Positions 1 to 14,133 are shown, numbered from the stretch's first letter. The stretch is DNA of 64,000 nucleotides from the human T2T-CHM13v2.0 reference genome, Homo sapiens (GCF_009914755.1 NC_060925.1); one strand, 5' to 3'. The notes: a model not told the origin generated them from the letters alone. Program-made: numbers and translations.

Positions 1-557
1 TGTGTACTTGTGTATGTAAGTAAGAACAGGTAGTAGTTGGTTTTCTGTTCCTGAATTAATTTGCTTAGTACAATGGCCTCCAGCTGCATCCATGTTGCCA
101 CAAGGGACATGATTTCATTCTTTGTATGGCTGTGTATTATTCCATGGCCTACAGGAACCACATTTTTCAATCCAATTCACCAGTGATGGGCATCTAAGTT
201 GCCTTTCCTATTGTGAATAGCACTGCAATGAACATACAGGTGCATGTGTCTTTTTAGGAGAAATATTAATTTTCATTTGGGTATATGCCCAAGAATGGGA
301 TTTCCCAGTTGAAAGGTAGCTCTGTTTTAAGTTCATTAAGAGATCTCCAAACTGCTTTCCATAGTGGTTGAACTAATTTATATTTTAACCAATAGTGTAT
401 AAGCATTCTCTTTTCTCCATACTCTTGCCAGCATCTGTTATTTTTTGACTTTTTAATAACAGACATTCTTACTGGTGTGAGAAGATATCTCATTGTGATT
501 TGGATTTGTTTGATGGTTAATGATTATAAAATTTTTTTCTTGTTTGTTGCACTTGTA

Positions 558-829
<272 letters not shown>

Positions 830-981
830 ATATGTCTTCTTTTGAAAAGTGTCTGTTCATGTCCTTTGCTGATTTTCATTGGAATTGTATTTTGCTTATT
901 GAATTGTTTAATTCATTAATTAGTAAATAATAATGAAATGGATTGTTAAATAATTCTGGACATCAGACCTTTGTTAGATGC

Positions 982-1358
982 TGTGTTAGTTCTGTCTCAC
1001 ATTGCTAAAAGGAAATACCCAAGACTGGGAAATTTATACAACAAAGAAGTTTAATTGACTCACAGTTATGCACAGCTAGGAAAGCCTTAGGGAACTTACG
1101 ATCATGGCAGAAGGCAAAGGGGAAAAAGGCACCTTATTTACAGGTCAGCAAGAAAGAGAAGGGCAAACAGGGGAAATGGCAGGTGCTTAGACAACCATCA
1201 GATCTTGTGTGACTCATTCACTATCATGAGAATGGCACTGGGGAATGATCCCCATGATAGAGTTACCTTCATCTGTGGTCCCACCCGTGACACGTGGGAA
1301 ATGTGGGGATTATAATTCAAAATGAGATTTTGGATAGGGAAACAGCCAAACCATATAA
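982..1358 (-). mobile_element. THE1 (ERVL-MaLR) solo LTR
   Basis: Termini tgtgttagt...cagccaaaccatataa match the antisense THE1 LTR. Perfect 5-bp TSD GATGC at 977-981 and 1359-1363. Confidence 0.92.
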
Positions 1359-2275
1359 GATGCATGACTTACAAATATTTTCTCTCATTCTGTAGATTGT
1401 TTACTCTGTTGGTAGTTTCTTTTGCTGTGCAGGAGCTCTTCAGTCTAATCAGTCAATTTGTCAATTTTTGTTTTTGTTGCAATTACTTTTGAGGAGTAGC
1501 CAAAAACTCTTTGCCAGAGCTGATATCAAGAAGTATATCTCCTAGGTTTTCTTCTAGTATTTTTGTAATGTGAGGTCTTACATTTAAATCCATTCTGAGT
1601 TACTTTTTGTTTATGGTGAAAGGAAGGGGTCCAGTTTTATTCTTCTGCATATGGCTAACTAGTTATCCCAGCTCAATTTGTTGAATAGGGAATCCTTTAC
1701 CCATTGCTTGTTACCATCAGGTTTATCAAAGATCAACTGGTTGCAGGTGTATCACTTTATCGGTTCTCTATTCTGTTTGATTTATCTATGTATCTGTATT
1801 TTACCAGTGTCATACTGTTTTGGTTACTGTGGCCTTATAGTATAGTTTAAAATCAGCTAGTATTATGCCTTTGGCTTTGTTCTTTTTTCTTAGGATTGCT
1901 TTGGCTATGTGGGCTCTTTTTTTGTTCCATATGAATTTCTATAACATGCAAAAATCAGACAAACCTACCTATCCTTTTAAAAGATAGTAAAATGGCTACT
2001 CCTGAGAATTATGGGGTAGAAGACAAGAGATAATTAAAACAAGGCATATTCAGAAATTCTGGGTTGAAAGTTATGTGGTGTCATTGATTTGGATGCTGTT
2101 TAGATGGGCTTATTTAGTTTTTTAAAAAATATATATTTAGCTATACACTTTTAGGATTTTTGTCATTTTCGTTAGGTATATTATAATTAAGCTTTACAAT
2201 GTGGAAAATAATTATATTTCTGGAATAAAATGACATTTCAGTCATTATCTGCTGGGAGAATATAGAGACTGATAG

Positions 2276-2276
<1 letters not shown>

Positions 2277-2319
<43 letters not shown>

Positions 2320-2330
2320 CAGATTGATAG
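2277..2330 (+). repeat. (AGAT/GATA)n tetranucleotide microsatellite
   Basis: About 10 perfect AGAT units followed by degenerate units. Confidence 0.97.
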
Positions 2331-4329
2331 TAGAGAGATTCTGTTGCTACTAACCAATAAATAACTTGTTTGTAATTAACAAGTTTTTCCTGGAATTTAC
2401 ATTCATCATATTTTGGTCTGTGACCCAATATTTATAATAGCAAATATAGATTATATTCATAGAAAAGTGTCCTTTGTAAAGCTATCATCAGTGAGGTCGA
2501 CCTATGAACCACAGCTCTGAACTTAATAAGTTTCACAAGCTACTCGTAATCTTGTCCTAAAATGCTGACATACAAATCAACAGAAATATTTAAATGTGCA
2601 ACTGAAAGCAGTATTTGAACAACAAAGTTGTAAAATTAAAATAATAATGTATAAGTTTAAATAAATTACATACACACTCAGTAAATATTACTCTAAATAT
2701 TTTGTTTCTGAAATAGTTTCTTTATTGACTTTGAAATAATTTTTCTAAGGATTTCCTCTTATAAATAGGAACATAGAACACATGGAATGGATTAGTTGGT
2801 TGGCATTTCAGCTTTGTTCTTCCATTGAAAGGTCAACTTGAAGTATTTTAAATATTACATGTCTGTGAAGCCCAGTTAAAGCAACAACAGTTATTCTTTA
2901 ATCTTTTGAAGAAATCTACTGCATACCTATTGTAATCCATACTCACTACCAACCTTTTCAATAGTTATGAGAATTAAATAAAGTTGGCTTTTCTAGCAGT
3001 GCTGTTGAGAGTTGCTTAGTGTTACTGACCTTTTCTTCATAATTGCTTCTACTTTTCCCATCAATCTTCTGGAGAGGATGATTCCAGCTTTCTGTATCCA
3101 TGTTACCAGGACTGTAATTATGGAAATTTATTTATATTCCCATACCCTCCATTAAGAAAATATTGAGGTTGTCTCTTCCAGCATGTAGATCCTCCCAATA
3201 ACTTGGGCAAGCACTTGCGTGATTTGCTCTTATAAAAAAAGGAATATCCTAGAATTCTTACCATGTTTACTCTAATTTAACCATTTCATATAATATTGTC
3301 CTGGATGAACATTTTAATAATAGAAGTAAATATACTATTTTTTTAAAAAAGCAAAAATTCAAGGAAAAACCACTAAATGATGATGCACTGATTCCACCAT
3401 TTCCCATTTTCTTATTTAATTAATCCATAATAGTGTCATAGTATTCTTTTTAAGGCAGCCCAAGTGATTTAATATAAAGTCAAGACTAAGGACCACAATA
3501 CAATGGCAGGGACTTTCAAACCATGTTTGTAGGCAGGGCTATGAGATGAAATTAGAATGCCAAATTTAGAAGGTAAATTCTAGAGTGGTGCCCAGATTAT
3601 TTTACCACAACTTAAAACTGAGGCACTCTATATTTTCAGCATTGAGAAGTTATGCTTGCAGGAAATGTGAAGTTTCTAAAAATTATTGAGATTTATCTAA
3701 TTAAGTAATTGCTTCTGATTTTCTAGAACTGTGGTTAGAATGGTAGTGTCACATTTAATTTAAAGGTTCACATATACATACACATGCACAAATAAATGCA
3801 TTCATAATAGTAGAGTAGATGAGCAAATAACTGTTTTGCTGTATTTCCTATGATTCACATAAATACTCATTGTAAACTGGTCCTTCCCTCCTCCCAATAC
3901 ATTTTTCAAAGCATCCATTTGGATCACTGAAATATTTTTTCTTTCATGTATTAAATGCACATGGTGAGAGATTTGAGTAAAATTGCTACTTGAAATCAGG
4001 CACCAAAGGTTATATAAGTATAAGCATAGGAATGCAAAAATAAACAAAAAAATAGTATTTTGGAGATATTTTTTGATGGGTCACACTCTGCTATTTGAGA
4101 AAGAAAGAAACACCATGTGTATTAGATTAGACCTGCTCTGCTGGGCTTTTTGAAGATTAAATTGAACAGTGCAATATTTTCTTTCATAGTCTAAAAAAAT
4201 AGAAACTATGTACAAAATTTGGATAAAGAAACTCTGACAATAAAGAGCAAATGGAAAGAGAAATAATTACCCTATCTAAAATCAAATATTAAAATAAGAT
4301 ATCCATCAAGAGTCTTTTATACGTGATGC

Positions 4330-4560
4330 AAAGTGGTTGTTCTCAATGTAGGCTGAAAATCACCTGAGGAGATACAGAACATATTTTCTGGAACGAATTC
4401 ACGGAGTTTCTGACTTAATTGACCTGTGGTATAGTCTGGCAATCTGTGGATGATTTCATTTGCTTTGCTTGTTTGCTTACTTTTTTTTTTTTTTGATTCA
4501 TTACAGCTTCCTAGGCAATTCCAACTTGCAGATAGTGACAGTGCTATGAATCACTAGAGG
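4330..4560. mobile_element. MER5-like hAT-Charlie DNA transposon relic
   Basis: gtggttgttctcaatgt...aatcacctgagga...ttctgacttaattgacctg...gaatcactag resembles a degenerate MER5. Confidence 0.55.
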
Positions 4561-5094
4561 ATTTTAGAATGCAGTGATAGTCCTCCCAGGAAATGGGTTG
4601 TAATGGCTAAATATATGCAGATACTTAAAGGCAAGAAATAAAGGACTATTCAAGAAATAGGACACAACAATTAACTCAAGAGGAAGGTGACTATGACTAT
4701 TGGGAGAAGGTAACTGGGAGCATAAATAATACTTTCTATTAATGGGCTGTGGAGGAGTGCTAAAGCTGAGAGTTATTGTTAGATCACCTCTTGGTAGTTG
4801 ATGAGGTGGCTCCCTTTGGCATAGGGGATAAGATACAAGTACCATTTAATGTGTTTTATTTTATACACTTTTAGGTTTTCAGTAGGTCTAGTTTCTGATT
4901 GCTAAGATTTAATTTGTATTTTCGGTTTTAAATTATATACACCTATACTTGCATAAACTTATACAAAAATTTATATGGTTTAACATTTTAACATACCTTC
5001 AACAATTTCGTGATGCCAAATTATTATTGGTATTTACAATCCACTTCTCCTTCTCCAGGGCTCATTTTCTAGAATAGCTTGTTCTACTATAAAA

Positions 5095-5300
5095 ATAACA
5101 ATCCTTTGTTAACAATTTACTATGTGCTAAGATCCATGTTACATTCATGAAGTGCATTATCTTACCCCTAACAATCTCTAAGTTAAAAAGTGAAAAATTA
5201 TTCTATTTTACATGTGAGAATTCAAGGCTTAGAAAATTAAATCTATTTCTTGAAGACTTAAAATTCTGAATTTTTACTCAATCTTATTGACCCTAATGCC
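5095..5300 (-). mobile_element. MIR
   Basis: tttactatgtgctaag...attttacatgtgagaattcaaggcttagaaaattaa is a degenerate antisense MIR core. Confidence 0.65.
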
Positions 5301-5731
5301 AAAGCTATTTGATTTAAATAATTTCCTTTTTACTTTGACTTATTTAATTGTAATTGTTTTTAAGTCTTTATTTTTACTAAAATTAACTATTTTAGTGTTC
5401 TTTATTTGTATGCACTTTAAAACTAGTAGTACATAGTCTCTTATTTGTTAATATTTAGCTTCTATTTTCAGATTTTAAGTTTATCTTTTATATAATCATG
5501 TGTTTATTTTTCATTCCATTAGTTACATTCTTTTATATATTTTGTATTGAATATTAAAGTCATCATACGTTAAGTATGAACTTTTATTGCAATATAAAAT
5601 ATGAACTTTCTACACATTATATTTATTTTATTATCTCACAATACTTCTAATTATTTGATTCTGTTTTTTCTGATAGTTCTCTATTACTGTTGATTGCCTC
5701 TCTTTTTATTATTATTTTTAATTTTTCTTTA

Positions 5732-7410
5732 GAAAAATCACATTACATAACTTCAAATTACACCACAGAGTTATAGTAACCAAAACAGCATATCACTGGA
5801 ATAAATACAAACACATAGACCAGTGGAACAGAATAGAGAACGCAGAAACAAATCCACACACCTACAGGGAATTCATTTTCAGCAAAGGTGTCAAGAACAT
5901 ACACTGGGGAAAGGATTGTCTTTTCTTCAATAAATGGTGTTAGAAAAACTGTAAATCCATATGCAGAAAAATGAAATTAGATCCTTATCTCTTGCCGTAT
6001 ATAAAAGTCAAATAAAAATAGATTAAAGACTTAAATCTAAGGCTTCAAACTATGAAACTACTATAAGAAAACATCGGAGAAAATCTCCAAGACATTGATC
6101 TGGGCAATTGCTTGAACAATACCCCACAGCACAGGCATCCAAAGCAAAATGGGTAAATGAGATCACATCAAGTTAAAAAACTTCTGCATAGCACAAGATA
6201 CAATCAACAAAGTGAAGAGACAACTCAGAAAACGGGAGAAAATATTTGCAAACTACCCATGTGACAAAGAATTAATAAACAGAATATATAAAGAGCTCAA
6301 ATGACTCTATAGAAAAATATTTAATAATGTGGGTTTTATATTTAAGTCTTTAATCCATCTTGAGTTTATTTTTATATAAGGTGTAAGGAAGAGGTCCGGT
6401 TTCAGTCTTCTGATTAAAAAACAGGCAAAATATTTGATTAGACATTTCTCAAAGGAAGACATACAAATCGCAGACAGGCATATGGAAAGGTGTTCAATGT
6501 CTTTGAACATAAGAGAAATGCAAATCAAAACTACAAGGTGATTACATCTCACCCCAGTTAAAAGGGCTTATATACAAAAGTCAGGCAAAAACAAATGCTG
6601 ATGAGGATATAGAGAAAAAGGAAACCCTTATACACTGCTGATGGAAATGTGAATTAGTACAACCCCTATGGAGAACACTTTAGAGATTTCTCCAAAAACT
6701 AAAAATTGAGTTATCCTAGGATCTGGCAATCCCACTACTGAGTATATACCCCAAAGAAAGGAAATCAGTATATCAAAGAGATATCTGCAGTCTTATGCTT
6801 GTTGCAGCACTGTTTACAATAGCTAAGATTTGAAACCAACCTAAGTGTCTATCAACAGATAAATGGATAAAGAAAATATAGTACATATGCGTAATGGAGT
6901 ACTATTCAGCCACAGAAAAGAATGAGATCCAGTCATCTGCAACAACATGGTTGGAAGCAGAGATCATTATGTTGAGTGAAAAAAGCCAGCGCAGAAAGAC
7001 AAACATTGACTTTTCTCGCTTATTTGTGAGATCTAAAAAATCAAAACAATTGAAACTCATGGATATAGAGCATAGAAGGATGGTTACCAGAGGCTGAGAA
7101 GGGTAGTAAGGGGCTGGGGAGGAGATGTCGATAGTTAATAGGTACAGAAAAAAGAATAGAAAGAATAAATAAGACCTACTATAGTCTGTAATAACTTCAT
7201 TGTACATTTTAAAATTACTAAAGAGTGTAATTAGATTATTTGTAATTCAAAAGATAAATGTTTGAGGGGATAGATATCTCATTCTCCATGATGTGCTTAT
7301 TTCACATTACATGCCTGTATCAAAACATCTCATGTTTCCTATAAATATATATACCCACTATGTAACCACAAAAATAAAAAATTAAAATTAAAGTAAAAAA
7401 TAAAAAATAT
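5732..7410 (+). mobile_element. LINE-1 L1MA (L1MA1/2-like) 3' end with A-rich tail
   Basis: ORF2 3' motifs (gtaaccaaaacagcat, gacatttctcaaaggaagac), L1MA-type 3'UTR (gatggttaccagaggctgagaagggtagtaagg) and A-rich tail ~7370-7408. Confidence 0.92.
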
Positions 7411-7612
7411 CAGTGAACAAAACCAAAATCGTCTTCTTGGTAAATGAATTTATAAATTATATAGTATGATAGAAAGCTACATATTTTATAGAAAATCAAA
7501 GTATAAAAATAATTTTAAATAGGCTAGTAGGTAGTCTATTGAAAAGAAAACATTTGGATAAGAATTATATTAGTGATACAGGGGATCTATATTTTAGACA
7601 GAGGAAATACTG

Positions 7613-7686
7613 GAGTCAGGTATTCTAGGAGCACATATTCTATGAGAACTGAGTCAGGTATTCTAGGAGCAGATATTCTATGAGAA
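7613..7686 (+). repeat. 38-bp tandem duplication (2 copies)
   Basis: gagtcaggtattctaggagca(c/g)atattctatgagaa at 7613-7648 and 7651-7686, one mismatch. Confidence 0.95.
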
Positions 7687-7719
7687 TGGAAAATTAGATC
7701 CATGGCCTGGCTAATAGGC

Positions 7720-8045
7720 CAGTGTAAGAATATTGGATTTTACACTAAATAAATTGGATGTTGGTAAGGAAATTGTAATATTTGGCTTAGAATTTGTAAA
7801 TGATTTGTGTAGCTGCTATGCTTAGAAGAGACTAACTGAAGCAAGAGCAGAAGCAGAGAGATAATGTATGGAGTTAGAGTATTTCCTAATAAAAGTTAAT
7901 GGGTGACTTGGCTCAGAATGGTAGGCCTAGAGGTATTAAGTGGTTGGAATCTGGTTATATTTAAGCCATGGTCAAAATAATTTCTGGATGAATTGAATCA
8001 GGTGTGTGAAAAAACAAAAGAGTTAAGTATATCATAAAATCTTTC
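7720..8045 (+). mobile_element. L2 fragment
   Basis: Degenerate L2-like motifs (gagcagaagcagagagata, tggttggaatctggttatattt). Confidence 0.55.
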
Positions 8046-8399
8046 ACACATTTTCATCCTCCTATCCAGACTGCACTTCAGGTTTTCTGCTTAAAAATTG
8101 CTTCCCATCAAGTCCTAGAATTCTTTCTGAGTGCCTTGAGTTAATTATGGTTTTGACATACATTTTTAAATGGTTTCCATTGTTAACAAAATATTTCAAA
8201 TTTGGCATAACCAAAGCTAGTTTATTTTTCTAATTTATTATAGTGTACACTTCAAGACTACATTCAACCACCCTTCTGTCTTCAAGTCAATCAGGAAATA
8301 TAGTCTTTAACTACTCCATGGTACACTTCTCGCCAAACCCACCAAATTCTTAGTTAAGACTTGATAATATCCTAAAATGTCTAGTTTTTATAGAAAGAA

Positions 8400-10255
8400 C
8401 AGCATATTTTTAAAATAATATAACTCTAAATATTACAAATTGGATAATAACTATAAACTCAAGACTTGTAGAAATTCAAACTTCAAACACAAGAGAAATA
8501 TCAAGAAAACTAAATGAATATATATCATAATAAATCATTCAAAACCTATAATCAGGTGATAGTAAAAGCATCCAAAGAAAAAAATATAGAGAAACAAAAA
8601 TAGAGGGGATGACAAAATTTTTACTAAAAGCATGCAAGTAAAAAGAGAATAGAACAAACTCTTTAATGTATGAAAACAACTTCTTTAAAGTATTGGAAGA
8701 AAAAACTTTATGTGAACATAGAGTTTTATACTGAGAAAATATCTTTCAAAAATTAAGGCATCATAAGGACTTTCAGACGTTCAACAGTTGAAATAATCTG
8801 TGATGAGCAGACCCAACTTTAAGATGTTAAAGGAATTCCTTTAAGAAAATGCAAAATGATTCAAGATGGGAATATGGATCTACTCCAAGGACAGAATAAG
8901 AAATGACAGCTTCCTTGGTAAATATATGAGATCCAGATAAAATGAATACATTATCTTGCTATATAAATATTTTTCAAATATAATCAACAATTTAAACAAT
9001 AAAAATAACAATGTATTGTGTAGAGTGCACATCAATATTACCGCAAAAGTCTAATGGAGAGAAATGAAACTTTTTTACTTATAGTATTAAACTATAGGCT
9101 AAGTGTTATAATATTACCTAAAGATTTCTTATAATAATAAGAAATCTATACTATAAATAGAAAAGCAACCACTAAAATAAAACAAAAGGTTATAGTTGCT
9201 AAACCAGCAAAGAAGATAAAGTAGAAGCATTCAATTTATTGAATTAATCACTAAAACACAAAAATAAAAGGGAAAAAAGAAGTGAAGAAGATAAATGTAA
9301 AACAAATGGCAAGATGATAAATTTCTACCTAATCAAATCAATAACCACATTAAATGTAAATTGTCTAAATACACCAATTAAAAGGCAGAGAATTTTCCAT
9401 TGGAAATGCATATGTAAAAACTAAAATTAAACAAACTCAGACATGTTTCACTCTATATAAAAAATTAACTCAAACTGGAACACATACCTTAATAAGAGCT
9501 AAAGTTCTAAACTTTTGAAAGAACATAGGAGAAACCTTTGTGACCTTGGATTAGACTAGGAAATTAGCACATTACAAAAATGAACCTCATTAAAATAAGA
9601 AAAAAATGTTTAAACTGTTTTAGTAAAATGCCAATCAAGTATCTAATAATATACATAAGTGGAGTATATAAAAAACAGTCAATAAAGGGAAAATAATTCA
9701 ATTAAAAAATCAAATTGTTCAATGATAAAAACACGTATTTTACCAAAGATGATATTCAGATGCCAAGTAAGCACCTGAAAAAAGGCTCAACATTATTAGT
9801 CATTAGGTAAATGCATATTAAAACTGCAATGTGATATTACTGTACAACTACTTCAATGGCTAAAAATTAAAAGACAGTTTATATTAATTTTTGGAATGGA
9901 GGAACTCAAACACTGCTGTTGCTTATGTGAAATCTAATTATGCTGAATGATACAATCCAAAGAAAGGTACATACCCTGTGACCTCATTTGTATAAAATTC
10001 TAGGAAATGCAAACTGTTGCATAGCCAAAGAAAGATCTGTGGTTTCCTGGACATTTGATGACAGGGATAGTTGTGGCAGAGAAGGAATAATTACACAGGA
10101 CATGAGGAAACACATGTAGTAATACACACATTGAGTATCTGTATTTTGGTAATAGTTTCATGGTGTATATGTATGCCATAATGTCAAATTGTACAATTTA
10201 AACATATGCAGCTCATTAAATGTCAATTATACCACAATAATGTTGACTAAAAAAC
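8400..10255 (+). mobile_element. Ancient L1M (L1MC/MD-type) fragments: ORF1 region, ORF2 start and 3' end with internal deletions
   Basis: taaatgtaaattgtctaaatacaccaattaaaaggcagaga marks the ORF2 start. aaattctaggaaatgcaaact...aaatgtcaattataccacaataa marks the 3' end. Confidence 0.8.
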
Positions 10256-11399
10256 TTTTAAGAAATACATGTGATTCAAATAATTTTACTTATTTATCTA
10301 TGTAAACATCTTATTCTACTTCCCATTTCAACGAGGCAAAATGATGTATGTTTTAAAATATATACGTTTGAGGGGATTTTTTTCTGATTTTCATTGAGGA
10401 CATGTTTCTAATTGAATTTTTATATTCCATGGCATAAAATTTCATACATATTTATATTTGCTGTACATTTTAATTATATATCTAGCATTTTTTCTTTTTA
10501 AATGTAGACAATGCTAAAACTTGCATATTGATTTAGACATTCTCAAGAAGGTGACATTTGTTACCATCAGCTGTTAAAATATTAATTATTTTATGATATT
10601 GCATTGTTTTTGTTAATTTTGAATAAACCAGTATGTCATAGTATATACAGATGTGGTGATATTAACAAAATATTGAAACATTAAGAATGAAAATATGGAA
10701 GGGTTAAGAATCCTAAATGTCTTTATGATAAATCTCCATCAATTATAAGGAACTCAGGGCAGTCACTAATACTCCTTTTCATTTTAAAACCTGGTCCTAT
10801 AATTTTTTGGTAGATTTTAAAATGTAATCTTACAATCTAAAGCAGCATGTGCTGGCATCTACCTAAGGAACTCATTTACTGAGCCCTGCCATTTGAACAG
10901 CAGGGAGCTAAGTTCCCTGAAGTGTCTCTAAGCATTTCAGGCTCAATGAGTCAAAACTAAATAAAACTCAGCTTCTGTGAAAACAAACTCCTGCCAGATA
11001 AAACTACTAATGGTGGTTAACCATTAGCAATCCTGCCCCATATCTCTGATATTTCCAGATTGTTACTTTTAAATATCAGCTGATGCAAGCTGAAGTGGGG
11101 TACTACACCTCAAAGAGTAGGACATCCCTTGATTATTTCATGTCATTGTGTAAGAAGACAAGATAAGGGAATCCAATCAGAGTACCAATGAGGGGAAAGA
11201 TAGGAAGTCACAGTAATAGGAAATCATATTCTGATAAATCTACAATTCTCAACAATATTCAGGGGAACTCATGCTGTCATTTTACCTCACTAATAGATTA
11301 TAGATTATTATTCAAAGTCAGAAGTTACTTTCACTAAGTATTAATTGAACCAGGCCACATTATTATCTTTTTTTTGGAACACATTAGTATGAAATGTAA

Positions 11400-14100
11400 A
11401 ATGGGAATTCATGACACATGAAAGTTTCATTATTTAGCCAAGATAGAGTGCTGGATAGGGAATGGGAGGATTTCCTACTAAGTGATTTTATATCTAAGGA
11501 AAAAGAAGGATCTGCTACTTTTCCTTTCCTGAGTAGAAATCAGTGATAGGCAGTCTCTTTGAATGAAAGGGAAATACTCTATAAGATGAAGGGAAAGAGG
11601 AGACACAATAACGAGAGAGAAATGGTAGAGGTTGTGGCCATGTGGAAGAGGAAGGATTGCAGTCACCACTTTTCCCCTAATTTTCTTATGTATGTCCTCA
11701 AATAATGTGAAACAGGATAGTAACAATTTCTCTGGACAATGAAAGCACAGAAGTTACATGAGAGTGGGTCTGTCTGCTTGCCAGAGAATATCAACATGAG
11801 ACAAAAAAAACAGAGCCATCGAAGGAATGAGAGCATGATTCTGCCTGACAGTCTCAAAAAGAAGGGGTAGCTGAGTCTCCCAGGGGTATCATCAACACAG
11901 AGGGATTTCTGCCAAACATAATCTATATCAGACTGTGCAGCTCTTTTAAGGAAACGTTTGGAGGTCTTTCACAAAACAGAATGCAACAAGATAAGCCAAT
12001 GATGGCAATCAGCAGAGAGAAAATAGGGACCAAAACACACTGACCATTACCTTATGTTGTAATGTCACAGGATCCTTAAGAGTGTAGATTTGCCTGAGAG
12101 AAGCCTCTGTGGCTGGCAGCACCTTCTGCTCGAGTCCAGGTGCAGAGTGGCAAAGGGTGTGTGGGCGAGTGAGTGAGGTGTTCAGCCACTGTCACAGCCA
12201 GGCATGCTGGCTGCTGAGTTGGGGCAGGCAGTTCCAGGCACTGTGACAGGTTCCAGCTCCATGCGAGGCTGCAGCTACACTAGGTATATTGCACATGGGC
12301 TGTGGGCACCTGCACCTGGACAAGGGGAAGGGGTGACACCAGAAGCTTGGAGATGCCAGGAACTGCAGAACCTCAAAGAGGGTGTCACAGGCCTGGCTTG
12401 GGGAGCCCCTACATCTGAGCTCCCCAAAGAGCCACAGCTCTTCTCTCCTTGTCACCCATAATGTGGCAAGTGTGTATGGGGGGTTGTGTTTCAGCCCTGT
12501 TTGTGTTATAGCTCTTTTAGTCCTGCTGTTCACTGGGTCTTGAGCTCTTCTCCCATGTCCAGGAAGAATGAGGTAAGCAGACAACTGGAGGGCGAGCAAG
12601 GTGAAGAGGAGCTTCATTGAGAGGTAGAACAGCTCTCAGGAGACCCAAAGTGGGTAGCTCCTATTCAAAGAGTTCTCAAGAGACTCAAGGTGGGGAGCTA
12701 CTATCTGCAGGCAGGTTATCCCCACATCTGTGCAGCCCTCAGCAAAAAGGAGACCTGGAGTTCATAGCTCCTATTCTCAGACAGGTTATCCCATCATCTA
12801 TGCAGCCCTCAGGGAAGTGGAGACCTGAAGTGGGAAGCTCCTATCCACAGGCAGGTCGTACAATTGTCTACCCAAGTCTAGTGGAGATTGGGGCTATTAC
12901 GGGCTTCAGAGGGGAAAAAGTACATGCTGATTGGTCCATGGGCGGCCATGGTGGGACCAGACAAAACACTATAAGTTCTCACTCTGGTCCCTGGAACTGG
13001 CAGCCTGGTCCCCAGGATTCAGGTCATCCCTGGCTTGAAGGTGGAGCTTCACCTGGACCCGCCCCTTTCCACCCAGGAGCCTATCTGCGTCTTGCCACCA
13101 TCAAACTGCCGTCCACAATGCCCACAGCTCCCTGGCTGTTGGTGCCAAGGGGCACCTGCAGGCCCACGTGGAGCTGCCCTCAGTGCCCCCATGGCCTTCC
13201 CATGCTCTTCGACAACCAATCAATGTCTAGGGAGGGCCAGTGAGGCAGGGGGATGGTGTGTTAGCACTTTCCCAAGTGCGCACACAGCCGGCTGGGTTGT
13301 GACAGCACCTGGGCTTAGCCTCAACTTTGTTCCGAAATCGGAGGGGTGTTGAGAGCTGGGAGAGGCCAGGTTAGTGGAATCAGGCACTTCTGATCCTATA
13401 GGGGGAGGTGAGCTTCACAGGTCCCCATGAGGCAGAATTGCCCAGGTCTGCAGCCGCCTATTGCTGCAGTTGTGCCCAAGAGGGTGGGAATCCTGCTCCT
13501 CAAACTCAGAAGCAGGTGGGGCTACCCCCTGTTCCCAGGTCCGGGATCCAGCCCCAGCCACGCCTCCCCTACTGCACCTGGCCTCATGGCAGTGGCCTGT
13601 GCAGACAGGCCGCCTCTGCCATCAGTAATGTCTCAATTTTGCTCAGACTTGGATGCCAATCCAAGGTAAAGGAGGGAGAGGGAAGAACCTTCAAGAAGCA
13701 AGACAATCCTCATATGAAGATTAAATTTACATTGACTAAGTTGTGAACTGGATATAGATTTTTTAACACCCTAAATTTTAACAAACAAAAATAGCAAAAA
13801 GTCACAAAATTTGACTGAAATATCAGCAGTGGGATGGGACAAATTGCTCTAAATAGATTGGGGGTGAAGAGCAAACTGTTTTATTTCTTTTATTCTAGGG
13901 AAAACATGGTTTTCTGAAATATTGCACCCTAAATATTCCTCTTATTGGTCCAGTGTGTGCATCTTAAGAGCAGTTGCTTTCATTCAGGCCTCCAAAACCT
14001 CATGTCATCCACAAGTTTGCACCATTTAACCTCAGAGTTTACAATTTGTTTTATGGGTAATGAAGAATATAAATAAAATATGTTTGTTTTATTAGCCTTT
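11400..14100. mobile_element. Possible ancient LTR-type element split by the MER52 insertion
   Basis: Purine-rich, LTR-like sequence on both sides of MER52, with an AATAAA near 14072. Family not recognised. Confidence 0.3.
12063..13624 (-). mobile_element. MER52 (ERV1) solo LTR, ~1.56 kb
   Basis: GC-rich block. The minus strand begins TGATGGCAGAGGCGGCC and ends GGATCCTGTGACA (TG...CA). 4-bp TSD GTAA at 12059-12062 and 13625-13628. Internal short tandem repeats at 12630-12860. Confidence 0.85.
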
Positions 14101-14133
14101 TAAAAAGGCTCATGATTTGTTATTCATTATTTT

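Noticed and set aside
7613-7686. CRISPR-like 36-38 bp repeat
   Set aside because: Only two adjacent copies, no spacers, no cas genes, and a mammalian context.
10866-10917. Possible branched RNA hairpin (ggaact/agttcc, ccctgc/gcaggg)
   Set aside because: The stems are only 4-6 bp, as expected by chance in 64 kb, and I recognise no RNA family.
12192-13746. Cluster of long ORFs (up to 208 aa)
   Set aside because: They lie in or start within the GC-rich MER52 LTR, where stop codons are scarce, and show no recognisable protein motifs.
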